From Candidatus Harrisonbacteria bacterium CG10_big_fil_rev_8_21_14_0_10_40_38 (GTDB lineage Bacteria > Patescibacteriota > Minisyncoccia > UBA6257 > 1-14-0-10-40-38), in the NCBI GenBank assembly GCA_002773535.1, contig PFAZ01000009.1, positions 100,739 through 155,818 of the forward strand: DNA of 55,080 nucleotides. Reading direction: 5' to 3'. Position 1 is the first letter of the stretch. The number at the start of each line of letters is the position of its first letter. Below, in pieces: positions 36,002-46,132 of this stretch. The position numbers and the translations under genes were made by a program. Under the pieces are notes generated by a model. That model was not told where the DNA came from and did not search any database. It saw only the letters and a list, made by a program, of their open reading frames with translations.

Positions 36002-36706
36002 ATGCGTAATTCTTCAAAAGATAAGTTAAGGCTGTCGCCGTCGGCGTTAAATGTGTTTCTGGACTGTCAGAGGTGTTTTTGGCTCGAGTATGGGGCAGGG
36101 GTGCATAGGCCAAGAGGCCCGTTCCCTTCGCTTCCGAGCGGGATGGATATCCTTATTAAAAAATATTTTGATAGTTACAGGGCGGTTGGGAAATTGCCGC
36201 CAGAGATTGAGAGGCAGGTTTCGGGTTATCTTTTTTCGGATACGGAGTTACTTAATAAGTGGAGGAGTTGGAGGAGTGGGCTTTCGTACTATGACAGAGA
36301 TCTTGGTGCAGTCCTTGTTGGGGCGATTGACGACTGTCTTGTAGAAAATGAAAGATATATACCGATTGATTATAAGACGAGGGGATTTGATCTAGCTGAC
36401 GGGGGAGAAAGTTTTTATCAGAACCAGATGAATTGCTACTCATTTCTTTTAGATACTAACGGCATGAAGCAGCCTTCGTATGCGTATCTTGCGTATTTTA
36501 TTCCACGGGAAATAAAGAAAGGAGCTGATGTGAGGTTTTCGGTTCATGTTAAAAAATTAAATACTTTTCCAGAGGATGCGTTAAATACATTTCGAAAGGC
36601 GGTAAAATTATTAAGAAGCCCAATACCTAGTCATGATGATTCGTGTCAATTTTGTACGTGGAATTCAAAAGGGGTTAATAATCAGGGAGTGAAAACTAAG
36701 AGCTAA
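36002..36706 (+). CDS. PD-(D/E)XK nuclease, Cas4/RecB-like, standalone
   Basis: LSPSAL, CQRCFW, GAIDD, IDYKT, QMNCY, CQFC. Likely ATG 36002. Confidence 0.85.
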   Translation: MRNSSKDKLRLSPSALNVFLDCQRCFWLEYGAGVHRPRGPFPSLPSGMDILIKKYFDSYRAVGKLPPEIERQVSGYLFSDTELLNKWRSWRSGLSYYDRDLGAVLVGAIDDCLVENERYIPIDYKTRGFDLADGGESFYQNQMNCYSFLLDTNGMKQPSYAYLAYFIPREIKKGADVRFSVHVKKLNTFPEDALNTFRKAVKLLRSPIPSHDDSCQFCTWNSKGVNNQGVKTKS

Positions 36707-36719
36707 AAATACCAATAAT

Positions 36720-38330
36720 ATGATAAAGAGAATTGAAGAGATAATAAAAAAAGCTGTAGGCGAAGATGCTGTCTTTACAGTTGAGGTTCCGCCGGATCAA
36801 AAGATGGGCGACTACATGACAAACGTTGCTCTTCGGGTTGCTTCGACTTTGAAAAAATCTCCCGAAGAAGCGGCTAGGGAAATTGCAGAGAAAATAATAA
36901 AGGCAGATAAGGGAAAAATGTTTTCGGATGTTTCTGTTGCCGGTCCAGGGTTTATAAACTTTTTTGTTAACCCAAAGTTTTTTTATGAGGAACTTTCTGA
37001 AATGTTACGGATGGGAGACGAGTATGGTGGAAGCGATGAGGGAAATGGAAAAAAAGTGAGAATTGAGTATGTTTCCGCGAACCCAACTGGGCCAATACAT
37101 ATAGGCAATCTTCGTGGAGGCCCGATAGGTGAGACTTTGGCAAGGGTTTTTGAAAAGAGCGGGTTTAAGGTGCTTCGAGAATACGTGCACAATGACGCGG
37201 GAACACAAGTTGAAAAACTTGGTGAGACTTTGTGGTATTGGTATGAAAAGTTAAGAGGAAATGAAGCTTCGTTTCCTGATGGCGGATATAGGGGAGATTA
37301 TGGCAAAGAGGTGGCGGAAGCAGTTGCGGAAGCTCTGGGGCCAAACCTTGAGAAATCTCAAATATCTGAAATTATCGCGTTTGGGTTAAATCATATATTT
37401 GAAGAGAATAAAGAAACATTAAAAAGAATTGGGATTACTTTTGATAAGATAGTTTCCGAGAGTAATTTGATTTCTTCCGGAGCGACAGAGGAGGTGGTTT
37501 CTGAAATGAAGTCTCTCAATGTTACCAAGGAAAGAGATGGCGCGCTTTGGTTTGTTCCTAATGATGAATTTTTGTCTGATAGGGAGAGTGTGATTGTGAG
37601 GAGCTCCGGTCAGCCGACGTATTTTGCTTCTGATATTGCGTACCATAAGGAAAAATTTACTTCTGGGTATGATCTGGTTTTTGATATATTTGGAAGCAAT
37701 CACCATGGCCATGCGCCAAAACTTCAGGCGCTTACAAAACTTTTTGGATTTAATCCTCAAAATTTTATCGTCCTTTTGTATCAATATGTTCGAATAAAGA
37801 GAGGCGATGAGGCGGTGACGATGTCTAAGAGAGCTGGAACATATGTGACCGCAAAAGAAGTTTTAGATGAGGTGGGGCCTGACAATGTGATTTTCTTTTT
37901 ACTGATGCATTCTCTGACAACACATATAGACTTTGATCTTGATCTCGCAAAAAAGAAGTCGCTCGAAAACCCTGTTTACTATGTGCAGTATGCTTATGTA
38001 AGGGCGAAGAGGATATTAGAGGAGTCGGGAATGGAACCTATGGTTTCTGATCTCTCACTTTTAAACACGCAACCTGAACTTGCGCTTATCAAAAAACTTT
38101 CGAATTTTCCTGAAGTGGTTTCGATGGTTTGTAAAACTTATGAGGTTCACAGGATAACGCATTATGCTACAGAGCTAGCGAGGGAATTTCATTCATTTTA
38201 TGAAAAGACGAGGGTTTTGGTAGACGATAAAGATTTGTCTATGGCAAGACTTAACCTAGTGAGGTCGGTTGTGATAGTTTTAGCCAATACACTAAACTTG
38301 ATTGGAGTATCAAAACCAGAAAGTATGTAA
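36720..38330 (+). CDS. argS: Arginyl-tRNA synthetase
   Basis: EYVSANPTGPIHIGN, TYFASDIAYH, MSKRAG, YVQYAY. Confidence 0.98.
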   Translation: MIKRIEEIIKKAVGEDAVFTVEVPPDQKMGDYMTNVALRVASTLKKSPEEAAREIAEKIIKADKGKMFSDVSVAGPGFINFFVNPKFFYEELSEMLRMGDEYGGSDEGNGKKVRIEYVSANPTGPIHIGNLRGGPIGETLARVFEKSGFKVLREYVHNDAGTQVEKLGETLWYWYEKLRGNEASFPDGGYRGDYGKEVAEAVAEALGPNLEKSQISEIIAFGLNHIFEENKETLKRIGITFDKIVSESNLISSGATEEVVSEMKSLNVTKERDGALWFVPNDEFLSDRESVIVRSSGQPTYFASDIAYHKEKFTSGYDLVFDIFGSNHHGHAPKLQALTKLFGFNPQNFIVLLYQYVRIKRGDEAVTMSKRAGTYVTAKEVLDEVGPDNVIFFLLMHSLTTHIDFDLDLAKKKSLENPVYYVQYAYVRAKRILEESGMEPMVSDLSLLNTQPELALIKKLSNFPEVVSMVCKTYEVHRITHYATELAREFHSFYEKTRVLVDDKDLSMARLNLVRSVVIVLANTLNLIGVSKPESM

Positions 38331-38333
38331 TTT

Positions 38334-41300
38334 ATGCTTAGAGATATCAAACAATTTTTTTTGCCGGAAATAGAAGAAAAGGTTCTTTCTTATTGGAAGG
38401 AGAACCAGATTTTTGAAAAATCGGTAAATAAAAAAAGATCTAAAACTTTTGTTTTTTATGAGGGTCCGCCTACTGCAAATGGTAAGCCGGGGATTCATCA
38501 TGTGCTTGCGAGGAGTTTTAAGGATATCGTATTGCGATACAAAACGATGAGAGGGTACTCGGTTCCGCGAAGAGCCGGGTGGGATACTCATGGGTTGCCT
38601 GTCGAGATAGCTGTAGAGAAAGAGCTTGGACTAAAATCGAAAAAAGAAATCGAAACCTATGGGGTGGCTGAGTTTAATAAGAAGTGCAAGGAATCGGTTT
38701 GGAAATATAAAGAAGACTGGGAGAGGCTGACCGAAAGAATCGGGTTTTGGCTAGATATGAAAAACCCATATATCACTTATGAGGCTTCTTATATGGAAAC
38801 TCTGTGGTGGATTTTGCAAAGCGCCTGGAAAAAGAAGCTACTTTATAAAGGGCATAGGATAGTGCCGTGGTGCACAAGATGCGGGACAGCTTTGTCTTCA
38901 CATGAGTTGGCGCAAGGGTATCACGAAGTGACTGATACTTCGGTGTATGTGAAATTTAGAATTAAGAATAATGAATTAAGAATTAAGGGGCATGGTTTGC
39001 CGGTTTATATATTATCGTGGACGACGACACCTTGGACGCTGCCGGGTAACGTTGCTCTAGCTGTAGGGGAAGATATTGATTATGTTGCGATTCAGAAAGA
39101 TGGTGAGATTTTAATCGCTGCAAAAGAATCTCCTTTGGGTAAAGAAGTAAGCGAGTCGGGGGAGGTAAAAGAAAATCTAAAAGGGAAAGACTTAATCGGA
39201 TTGGAATATGAGTCGCTTTTTGAAGTACCTTTTCTTAAAGGTGAAAAATCTTATCGTGTTTATGCTGCTGACTTTGTGACAACGACTGATGGAACGGGTG
39301 TGGTTCATACGGCTGTGATGTATGGGGAAGATGACTATAAGCTTGGTTCTCAAATCGGATTGCCCCAAGCTCACACAGTTGATGAAGAGGGAAGATTTGT
39401 TTCGCAAGTTGGGGAACTAAAACACATGTACGCAAAAGCTCCTGAAACAGAGTCAAAAATAATCGAGCTTCTTTCGGGGAGAGGATTTTTGCTTAAAAAA
39501 CAGCCGTATACTCACGAATATCCTTTTTGTTGGAGATGCGATACACCACTTCTCTACTACGCGAGAGAATCGTGGTTTATAAGGATGAGTTCTCTTCGGG
39601 ATAAGCTCATAGAAAAGAATAAAAATATTTCTTGGACTCCAGAACATCTTCAGGAAGGAAGGTTTGGGGAGTGGCTCCGTGAAGTAAAGGATTGGAATCT
39701 TTCACGCGAGAGATTTTGGGGGACGCCGCTTCCTGTGTGGGAGTGTTCTTCGTGTGGTGAGACTGAAGTTATAGGCGGAGTTTCTGATTTAAAGAAAAAG
39801 GGAATTGTTCCGAATGAATTTTTCTTTATAAGGCATGGGGAGTCTGATCACAATGTAAAAAGATTTACCGGCCCTGCTGATGATTCGGAGGGACATGCGT
39901 CAAACCTAACAGAGAAGGGACGTGAACAGGTTGCGAGAGCTGCAAGGTCACTGCGGTCAAAGAAAATTGATATCATCATTACTTCGCCTTTAAAAAGAGC
40001 TAAGGAGACGGCAGAGATTGTCGGGTTTTATACTGGCGCGCGCATAATAACAAGCGAGCTTATACGGGAGATAAACCCCGGATCTTTTGTTGGAAAAACA
40101 ATTGCGGAGCATAATGCGTTTTTTAAAAATCGTCTTGATAGATTTAATATAGCGCCTGAAGGAGGTGAGACGTGGCGTGAGGTGATGAGGAGACTCGCAA
40201 AGTTTGTAAAAGAAGTTCAAGAAAATCATCCAGGAAAGAAAATCGTTGTTGTAAGTCACGGCGACCCTTTATGGATTTTAAAGGGTATGTACGAGGCAAA
40301 ATCGAAGGAGGATTTTTTGTCCGTGACTTATCCGAAAGTCGGAAAAATTTATCCTATTTCTGTTTCTGCTGTGCCATTTAACACAGATGGCGAAGTTGAT
40401 ATTCATAAGCCATTTATCGACAGCGTTCTTTTGAAGTGTCCGAAGTGTTCGGATTCTATGAGGAGAGTTAAAGAAATAATTGATGTTTGGTTTGATTCGG
40501 GTGGTATGCCTTTTGCTCAAGCGCATTTTCCTTTTAGTAAAAAACTAAAACTTAAAGGGGGATCTGAATTTAAATTTGTTTATCCTGCTGATTATATCTG
40601 TGAGGCGGTTGATCAGACTCGAGGATGGTTTTACACACTACTTGCTGAAGCTGTTGTTTTAGGAAAACCTGCGCCGTATAAGAATGTGATTTCTTTGGGT
40701 CATGTTCTTGATAAGAATGGGCAGAAGATGTCCAAGTCGAAAGGAAATGTTATTGATCCATGGGATGCGGCAGATAGGCACGGAGTTGATGTAATTAGGT
40801 GGTATTTTTATACGGTTAATGACCCCGGTGAGCCGAAGAGATTTAATGAGGCTGATGTTATGAAGACTTATAGAAGTTTTCATCTTCTTGCTTATAACTC
40901 ATATTCGTTTTTGAGAACTTATCTGTCGCCATCTGTTTCTAAAACCGATCCGAAAAAATCTCCAAATATTTTGGATAAATGGATTCTTGTTCTGTGGAAT
41001 GAAACAATCACTTCTGTTACAGCTTCTCTTGAAAAGTATCAGATAGGTACTGCGGCAAAGGCGTTGGATTCTTTTCTTGGTGATTTATCACGTTGGTACA
41101 TAAGGCGTTCGAGAAAGAGGTTTTCTGATTCTTCGAGTGAGGACTTTGCTTTTGCTGCTGCGACTTTAACGTTTGTGCTTCGAGATTTTTCAAAGGCGCT
41201 TGCTCCGTTCTGTCCGTTTATTTCTGAGGCGATTTATAAGTCGATTATCAATGGAGCAAAAGAAAAAGGGGAGTTGTCGGTTCATCTTGAGGATTGGCCT

Positions 41301-41855
41301 AAATTTTCTGAACTAAAACGCAAACCTTCTGTAATTTCTGAAATGGAAGAGGTTCGCAATATTGCCAACTTGGCTTTAGCTGCGAGAACAACCGCAGGGA
41401 TAAAAGTTAAGCAGCCGCTCGCTGCATTAGTAGTTAAGAATCAGAATTCGAAAATAAAAGGTAATCAGGATTTGATCGATGTTCTTAAAGACGAGGTTAA
41501 CGTGAAAGAAGTAGTTTTTAATTCTTCTATCACGGAGGAGGTGGAGCTTGATACAAATATCACCCCTGAACTTTATGAAGAGGGCATGATAAGAGAGCTT
41601 ACAAGACTTGTGCAGCAGGTAAGGCAGGATGCGAAATATAAAGTGACGGATATAATTAATCTTTCTTTGTTCGTGTATCCAGAATTAAAAACTGTGATAC
41701 AGAAACACATGGAGACTTTTAAGAAGACTGTTAAAGCAAAAGATATTGACATGAGACAGTTTGAGGAAGAAAGACGTGGAGGTGTGTTTGATGCAGAAGT
41801 GGAAACGGAATTTGAGGGGAAAAAAATATCGGTTGCCGTGAGAAAGATTTCATAA
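38334..41855 (+). CDS. ileS: Isoleucyl-tRNA synthetase type 2 with inserted histidine-phosphatase domain
   Basis: GPPTANG, WDTHGLPVE, WTTTPWTLP, DWNLSRERFWG, EAVDQTRGWF, KMSKS. Confidence 0.97.
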   Translation: MLRDIKQFFLPEIEEKVLSYWKENQIFEKSVNKKRSKTFVFYEGPPTANGKPGIHHVLARSFKDIVLRYKTMRGYSVPRRAGWDTHGLPVEIAVEKELGLKSKKEIETYGVAEFNKKCKESVWKYKEDWERLTERIGFWLDMKNPYITYEASYMETLWWILQSAWKKKLLYKGHRIVPWCTRCGTALSSHELAQGYHEVTDTSVYVKFRIKNNELRIKGHGLPVYILSWTTTPWTLPGNVALAVGEDIDYVAIQKDGEILIAAKESPLGKEVSESGEVKENLKGKDLIGLEYESLFEVPFLKGEKSYRVYAADFVTTTDGTGVVHTAVMYGEDDYKLGSQIGLPQAHTVDEEGRFVSQVGELKHMYAKAPETESKIIELLSGRGFLLKKQPYTHEYPFCWRCDTPLLYYARESWFIRMSSLRDKLIEKNKNISWTPEHLQEGRFGEWLREVKDWNLSRERFWGTPLPVWECSSCGETEVIGGVSDLKKKGIVPNEFFFIRHGESDHNVKRFTGPADDSEGHASNLTEKGREQVARAARSLRSKKIDIIITSPLKRAKETAEIVGFYTGARIITSELIREINPGSFVGKTIAEHNAFFKNRLDRFNIAPEGGETWREVMRRLAKFVKEVQENHPGKKIVVVSHGDPLWILKGMYEAKSKEDFLSVTYPKVGKIYPISVSAVPFNTDGEVDIHKPFIDSVLLKCPKCSDSMRRVKEIIDVWFDSGGMPFAQAHFPFSKKLKLKGGSEFKFVYPADYICEAVDQTRGWFYTLLAEAVVLGKPAPYKNVISLGHVLDKNGQKMSKSKGNVIDPWDAADRHGVDVIRWYFYTVNDPGEPKRFNEADVMKTYRSFHLLAYNSYSFLRTYLSPSVSKTDPKKSPNILDKWILVLWNETITSVTASLEKYQIGTAAKALDSFLGDLSRWYIRRSRKRFSDSSSEDFAFAAATLTFVLRDFSKALAPFCPFISEAIYKSIINGAKEKGELSVHLEDWPKFSELKRKPSVISEMEEVRNIANLALAARTTAGIKVKQPLAALVVKNQNSKIKGNQDLIDVLKDEVNVKEVVFNSSITEEVELDTNITPELYEEGMIRELTRLVQQVRQDAKYKVTDIINLSLFVYPELKTVIQKHMETFKKTVKAKDIDMRQFEEERRGGVFDAEVETEFEGKKISVAVRKIS

Positions 41856-41888
41856 AAAAAACAGCCCCGCAGAGCGGGGTTGTTTTTT
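41855..41888. terminator. Bidirectional terminator ileS/rnj
   Basis: AAAAAAACAGCCCCGC-AGA-GCGGGGTTGTTTTTT. Confidence 0.85.
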
Positions 41889-43647
41889 ATATCTCGATTA
41901 TTACGGGAAGGATCATCGGTCTTCGCTTGGTTTTTTGGTAAATAAGTTGTCCTATTTGATTTCTTATCATACCTTTGACGTAATCCGGGTTTGCTTCTTG
42001 TTTTGGCATTTTGCCAATAACGAGCCGAAGCTTTCTTCTAATCTCATCTAAGATTTCCCGATTTTCTTTTAGATAGATAAATCCGCGTGAAATGATGTCG
42101 GGATTTTTGATGAGTCGACCAGATGATTTTTCAATAGTTGCAATTACAACTATCATACCTTCGTTTGCGAGAACAACTCTGTCGCGAAGAACTACTTCTT
42201 CTACATCTCCTACGCCAAGACCGTCTACCATTACATAGTTAGCTGGAGCTTTTTCTTCGAGCATCTTTGCGTCGTTCTTTTCCAGACTTAACGCATCGCC
42301 ATTATCCAAGAGAATGACGTTTTCTTTTGGAATGTTTGCCGCAGCGGCTAACTTTTTGAATTGGGCACGGAAAAGGTAATATCCGTGAATGGGCACAACG
42401 TATTTTGGCTTTATCATTTTCATTACGAGTTTTAGGTCTTCCTGATGAGCGTGTCCTGATGTATGGATGTCTAAAAGCTTTGAGTTGTATATTTCATCCA
42501 CTTGTCTGGCAATGTTGTCTTGAAGTGATTGGACACTTCTCTCGTTTCCTGGAACTACGGATGAGGAGAATATAACTGTGTCACTTCGTTTTAAACTCAC
42601 TAATCTGTGTTCCCTGTTTACGATTCTCATAAGCCCTGCATTTGGTTCACCTTGTGAGCCTGTAGTCAGGATGATGATTTTTTCATCTTTGTGTTTATGA
42701 ATTTCTTCGAGAGGAATGACCAGGTCTTTGGCGTATTTAACGTAGCCTAATTGTTGAGCAATGAGGAAATTGTCTTTCATCGATCTTCCGTTTAGGGCTA
42801 TTTTGCGTCCTAGTTTTTCTCCGATTTTAATAATCTCAAAGAGACGAGTTAGGAGCGAAGCGAAGGTTGCAACAATAATGCGTCCTTTTGCTTGCGCCAT
42901 GAGTTCGTAGAGGTTGTCGCCAACGTTTTCTTCTGACGAAGAGAAGCCTGGTCGCATGGCATTTGTGCTGTCCATAAAAACGGTGTGAATACCTTTTTTG
43001 CCTGCGATTTCAAACGCTTCTAAATCAACCGGTTTACCTTCTTTATTAACTTTAAGTCGGAAGTCGCCGAAGCTGACCATGTTTCCAACCGGTGTTTCGA
43101 GGATAAATCCAAGAGCATCGGGGATTGTATGGTCAACGGTGAAAAAATCAGCTGAAAAGTATTTACCAACTTTTACTCTGCTTCCGTGTTTAACGACTTC
43201 AAATTTTAGTTTTGGAGCGTTTATAAATTCTGCATGGCGTCTTTGTACCACTGCTTTTGTAAAGTCAGCAGTGTATATGGTTGGATTACCGAGTTTTTCG
43301 ATGAGGTAATGAATAGCGGCGATGTGGTCGTAGTGACCATGAGTCAAAAATATCCCTTTGATATTTTGCTTTTTGGATTCTAGATAGGAAATGTTTGGGA
43401 TGATGTAATCAATACCCGGTGTTTCTTCTTCTGGAAATTGTATACCAACATCTACTAAAACTATTTCATCTTTGTATTCGAAGAAGTAGCAGTTTCTGCC
43501 AATTTCTTCTAGTCCTCCGAGTGCAATAAATTTTACTGCATCATCTGACTTTTTTTCTGTAACTTTTTTTTCAGATTCTATAGGCGGTTTTCTTGTAGAA
43601 ATTCTTTTTCGTACTACTGGCCTTCTTTTTCTTTCTGTTTCTTGCAT
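41887..43647 (-). CDS. rnj: Ribonuclease J
   Basis: GGLEEIGRN, THGHYDH, DSTN, GSQGEP, HTSGHA, RRPMILPVIIEI. Confidence 0.97.
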   Translation of the reverse strand: MQETERKRRPVVRKRISTRKPPIESEKKVTEKKSDDAVKFIALGGLEEIGRNCYFFEYKDEIVLVDVGIQFPEEETPGIDYIIPNISYLESKKQNIKGIFLTHGHYDHIAAIHYLIEKLGNPTIYTADFTKAVVQRRHAEFINAPKLKFEVVKHGSRVKVGKYFSADFFTVDHTIPDALGFILETPVGNMVSFGDFRLKVNKEGKPVDLEAFEIAGKKGIHTVFMDSTNAMRPGFSSSEENVGDNLYELMAQAKGRIIVATFASLLTRLFEIIKIGEKLGRKIALNGRSMKDNFLIAQQLGYVKYAKDLVIPLEEIHKHKDEKIIILTTGSQGEPNAGLMRIVNREHRLVSLKRSDTVIFSSSVVPGNERSVQSLQDNIARQVDEIYNSKLLDIHTSGHAHQEDLKLVMKMIKPKYVVPIHGYYLFRAQFKKLAAAANIPKENVILLDNGDALSLEKNDAKMLEEKAPANYVMVDGLGVGDVEEVVLRDRVVLANEGMIVVIATIEKSSGRLIKNPDIISRGFIYLKENREILDEIRRKLRLVIGKMPKQEANPDYVKGMIRNQIGQLIYQKTKRRPMILPVIIEI

Positions 43648-43776
43648 ATCTTAATTTTACTTAATAATTTTTTAAAGTTGCGCTTTAAACCTTTAATTTA
43701 AATCGACCTACTAGGTTTTTTTGAACGCTACTTCTTACTTTTTAATTTTGGATTATATTTTTATATTTTTATCCAG

Positions 43777-43860
43777 TGGGCAGAGAGGGACTTGAACCCT
43801 CAAGCCTTTGCAGGCACAGGCTCCTGAAGCCTGCGTGTTTGCCAATTTCACCACCTGCCC
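43777..43860 (-). tRNA. tRNA-Leu(CAG)
   Basis: GGGCAGG/TCTGCCC acceptor, CAGGC-TTCAGGA-GCCTG anticodon arm, long variable arm, TTCAAGT; CCA not encoded. Confidence 0.96.
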
Positions 43861-43866
43861 TAAGGT

Positions 43867-45522
43867 TTACTTAATAACTCTTTTTGTTTTCAGGTACCAT
43901 TTTTCTATGTGATCAAACCTATTTGATGGGGATGGTATTAGTTTTTCATCGAAACCACCAAGGTTTTTTGTAATAGCGTATAGATAAGTTGGGGAGTATA
44001 GGAAGACAACGGGAAAATCGTTTCTGATTAGCGTCTGAAGTTTCTTTATATCATTTTCTCTTGACGGACCGTCGAAGTTTTTTCTTATTGATTCCAGTAA
44101 TGAGTCTACTGTTTTGTTTTCATACATGGCAAGGTTTAGGCCAGGATGAAACCTTTCCGATGAATGCCAAAAAGAAAATATGTCAGGATTTCCTTTTAAG
44201 ATGTTTCCAAAGAGAATCATGTCGTAATTTCTTGTTTTGATTACATTACCCGTTATTTCACTAGGGCTTAAAGTTACAAGATTTATGTGTATACCAATTG
44301 ATTCCCAGTTTTTTGCAATCCTATCGGCTGTCTCTATCAGAAAATCTATATTTGGGACAACTAATTCAAATTCCAATTTTGATTCTTCGCCGCCAAGTTT
44401 TTTTGTTCTGACCCCATCTTCATTTTCTAGCCACCCCGCTTCATCAAGGATTTGCTTTGCGTCTTCTGTGTTATATTCGGTTGGCTTTAGATTTGAGTCA
44501 TACCCTTCGATTCCCGGGTATATGGGGCTGTCTACTTTTTTTGCTTCGCCATCGAAAACTTCGGATATTACACTCTCTATATCAACTGATTTTGTTAGAG
44601 CTTCCCGGATTGCTTTGTCTTTTAAGATTGGGGCAGTGCTGCCATTGAAAAATACTGCGTAATATCTTGGGATGTCGAGTTTTAGCAGATCGTGACCAAT
44701 TTTTACGTTCTTCGCTTCGCTTGACGTGATGCTTCCGAGGCCATCTATTTCACGATGATTGAATGCGTCAATAGCTTCGCTCTTATTTGAGAAAAATTTT
44801 ATGTTCAAGTTTTTAATAAATGGTTTTTCTCCGATGTAGTACTCATTTTGAGAGAGGTGATACTCTTCAATGAAACCGATTTTTTTTCTGTCATATCCAT
44901 TAAATGCGTAAGGGCCACTACTTACGGGTTCGAGGTTGTAATCAGATAATTTGAGGTTTGCTGATGGGATTCCTTCAAAGATGTGTTTTGGGATTATTTT
45001 GAGGGTTTTAAGGTTTTCTAAAAAGAATGCATACGGGGTTTTAAGGGAGAATCTTACTTCCATTTCGTTTATCTTTTCAACTTTAACTCCTTCCCATGTT
45101 ATCGTGTACGGTGAATTTGTTTCCGGGTCTTGTATCGTTTCAATTGTGAAAACAACATCGTCGCCGTTTAGCGGTTCGCCGTCGCTCCACTTTAATCCAT
45201 CCTTTAATTCAATAGTCCATGTGCGATGGTCATCGCTTACGCTGTATTTTTCGGCTAGTTCTGTTATATCGCTGAAAAGTATCTCCATTAAGTCTTTATC
45301 GACTTCATTATTTGCGCTAAGTATCGGGTTTATGACAACAGGTTGACCAATAAGACCTTCGATAAAGGTGCCGCCTTCTTTTGGGGTGATGCTTGTTTTT
45401 GTGTAATAAATATACAGCCCATTAACAATAAGAGCGATAAATAAAACAGCTAAAGCTATCTGGAATGAAAGCTTCTCGCGTTTTGTAAATGAGTTAAAGA
45501 TTGCTTGTAATTTTTCGAGCAT
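43867..45522 (-). CDS. Family 5 (OppA/DppA-like) substrate-binding protein with TM anchor
   Basis: WSDGEPLNGDDVVFT, PVSSGPY, FWHSS, PGLNL. Confidence 0.9.
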   Translation of the reverse strand: MLEKLQAIFNSFTKREKLSFQIALAVLFIALIVNGLYIYYTKTSITPKEGGTFIEGLIGQPVVINPILSANNEVDKDLMEILFSDITELAEKYSVSDDHRTWTIELKDGLKWSDGEPLNGDDVVFTIETIQDPETNSPYTITWEGVKVEKINEMEVRFSLKTPYAFFLENLKTLKIIPKHIFEGIPSANLKLSDYNLEPVSSGPYAFNGYDRKKIGFIEEYHLSQNEYYIGEKPFIKNLNIKFFSNKSEAIDAFNHREIDGLGSITSSEAKNVKIGHDLLKLDIPRYYAVFFNGSTAPILKDKAIREALTKSVDIESVISEVFDGEAKKVDSPIYPGIEGYDSNLKPTEYNTEDAKQILDEAGWLENEDGVRTKKLGGEESKLEFELVVPNIDFLIETADRIAKNWESIGIHINLVTLSPSEITGNVIKTRNYDMILFGNILKGNPDIFSFWHSSERFHPGLNLAMYENKTVDSLLESIRKNFDGPSRENDIKKLQTLIRNDFPVVFLYSPTYLYAITKNLGGFDEKLIPSPSNRFDHIEKWYLKTKRVIK

Positions 45523-45560
45523 GAAGCGTGCTATCTTTTGCTATCAACCCAAGTGCTTTT

Positions 45561-45779
45561 TTAGGAAAGAAGGCTTATGAGCGAGAGCGCAGCGAAAACT
45601 GCTATCAATACGAGTGTTACAATAAAAATGATTTTTTCAAATCCACGTCGTGTCTGATAAAAACCGCCATCAACTCCGCCGCCAAAAAGGCCGGAACTAC
45701 CAACCGCTCTTTCCTGTATTAAAATAACAGCTATTAGAGCCAATGATACTATTGCTTGGATTATATTAAGTAATGACAT
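45561..45779 (-). CDS. secG: Preprotein translocase subunit SecG
   Basis: Two TM, ILIQER..GLFGG..TRRGFEK. Confidence 0.92.
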   Translation of the reverse strand: MSLLNIIQAIVSLALIAVILIQERAVGSSGLFGGGVDGGFYQTRRGFEKIIFIVTLVLIAVFAALSLISLLS

Positions 45780-46126
45780 TATTTTTTCGTCGTTCCTCTC
45801 AAAATTATGTTAATTGCTGTAATAATCAGGGTTGCGTAGAGGAGCGGTAAGAACCCCCTAATTGTAAGGCTTGTTGACATAATGTCAAGTATGTAAAGGA
45901 TTGCGCTGTTTATAACGAGGGAAAAGAGCCCTAGGGTGAGAATGATAACGGGTGTCAAAATAAACTTGATTACGGGCCTTATAACAAGGTTTACGGCGGT
46001 CAGGAGGGCGCCTACTATCAAGTATCCCTTTGCTGTAGGGGTTATTTCAAATCCTGTCACAAAGTATACAGCCGCGAAGAGGGCTACGATATTTACTATG
46101 TAGGTGGTTATTATTTTATACAGCAT
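45779..46126 (-). CDS. 4-TM membrane protein (YvlD/phage-holin-4 family)
   Basis: NLVIRPVIKFILTPVIILTLGLFSLVIN. Confidence 0.85.
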   Translation of the reverse strand: MLYKIITTYIVNIVALFAAVYFVTGFEITPTAKGYLIVGALLTAVNLVIRPVIKFILTPVIILTLGLFSLVINSAILYILDIMSTSLTIRGFLPLLYATLIITAINIILRGTTKK

Positions 46127-46132
46127 GAACTT

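Noticed and set aside
45779-46126. Prophage lysis gene
   Set aside because: This family is commonly chromosomal; no phage genes nearby.
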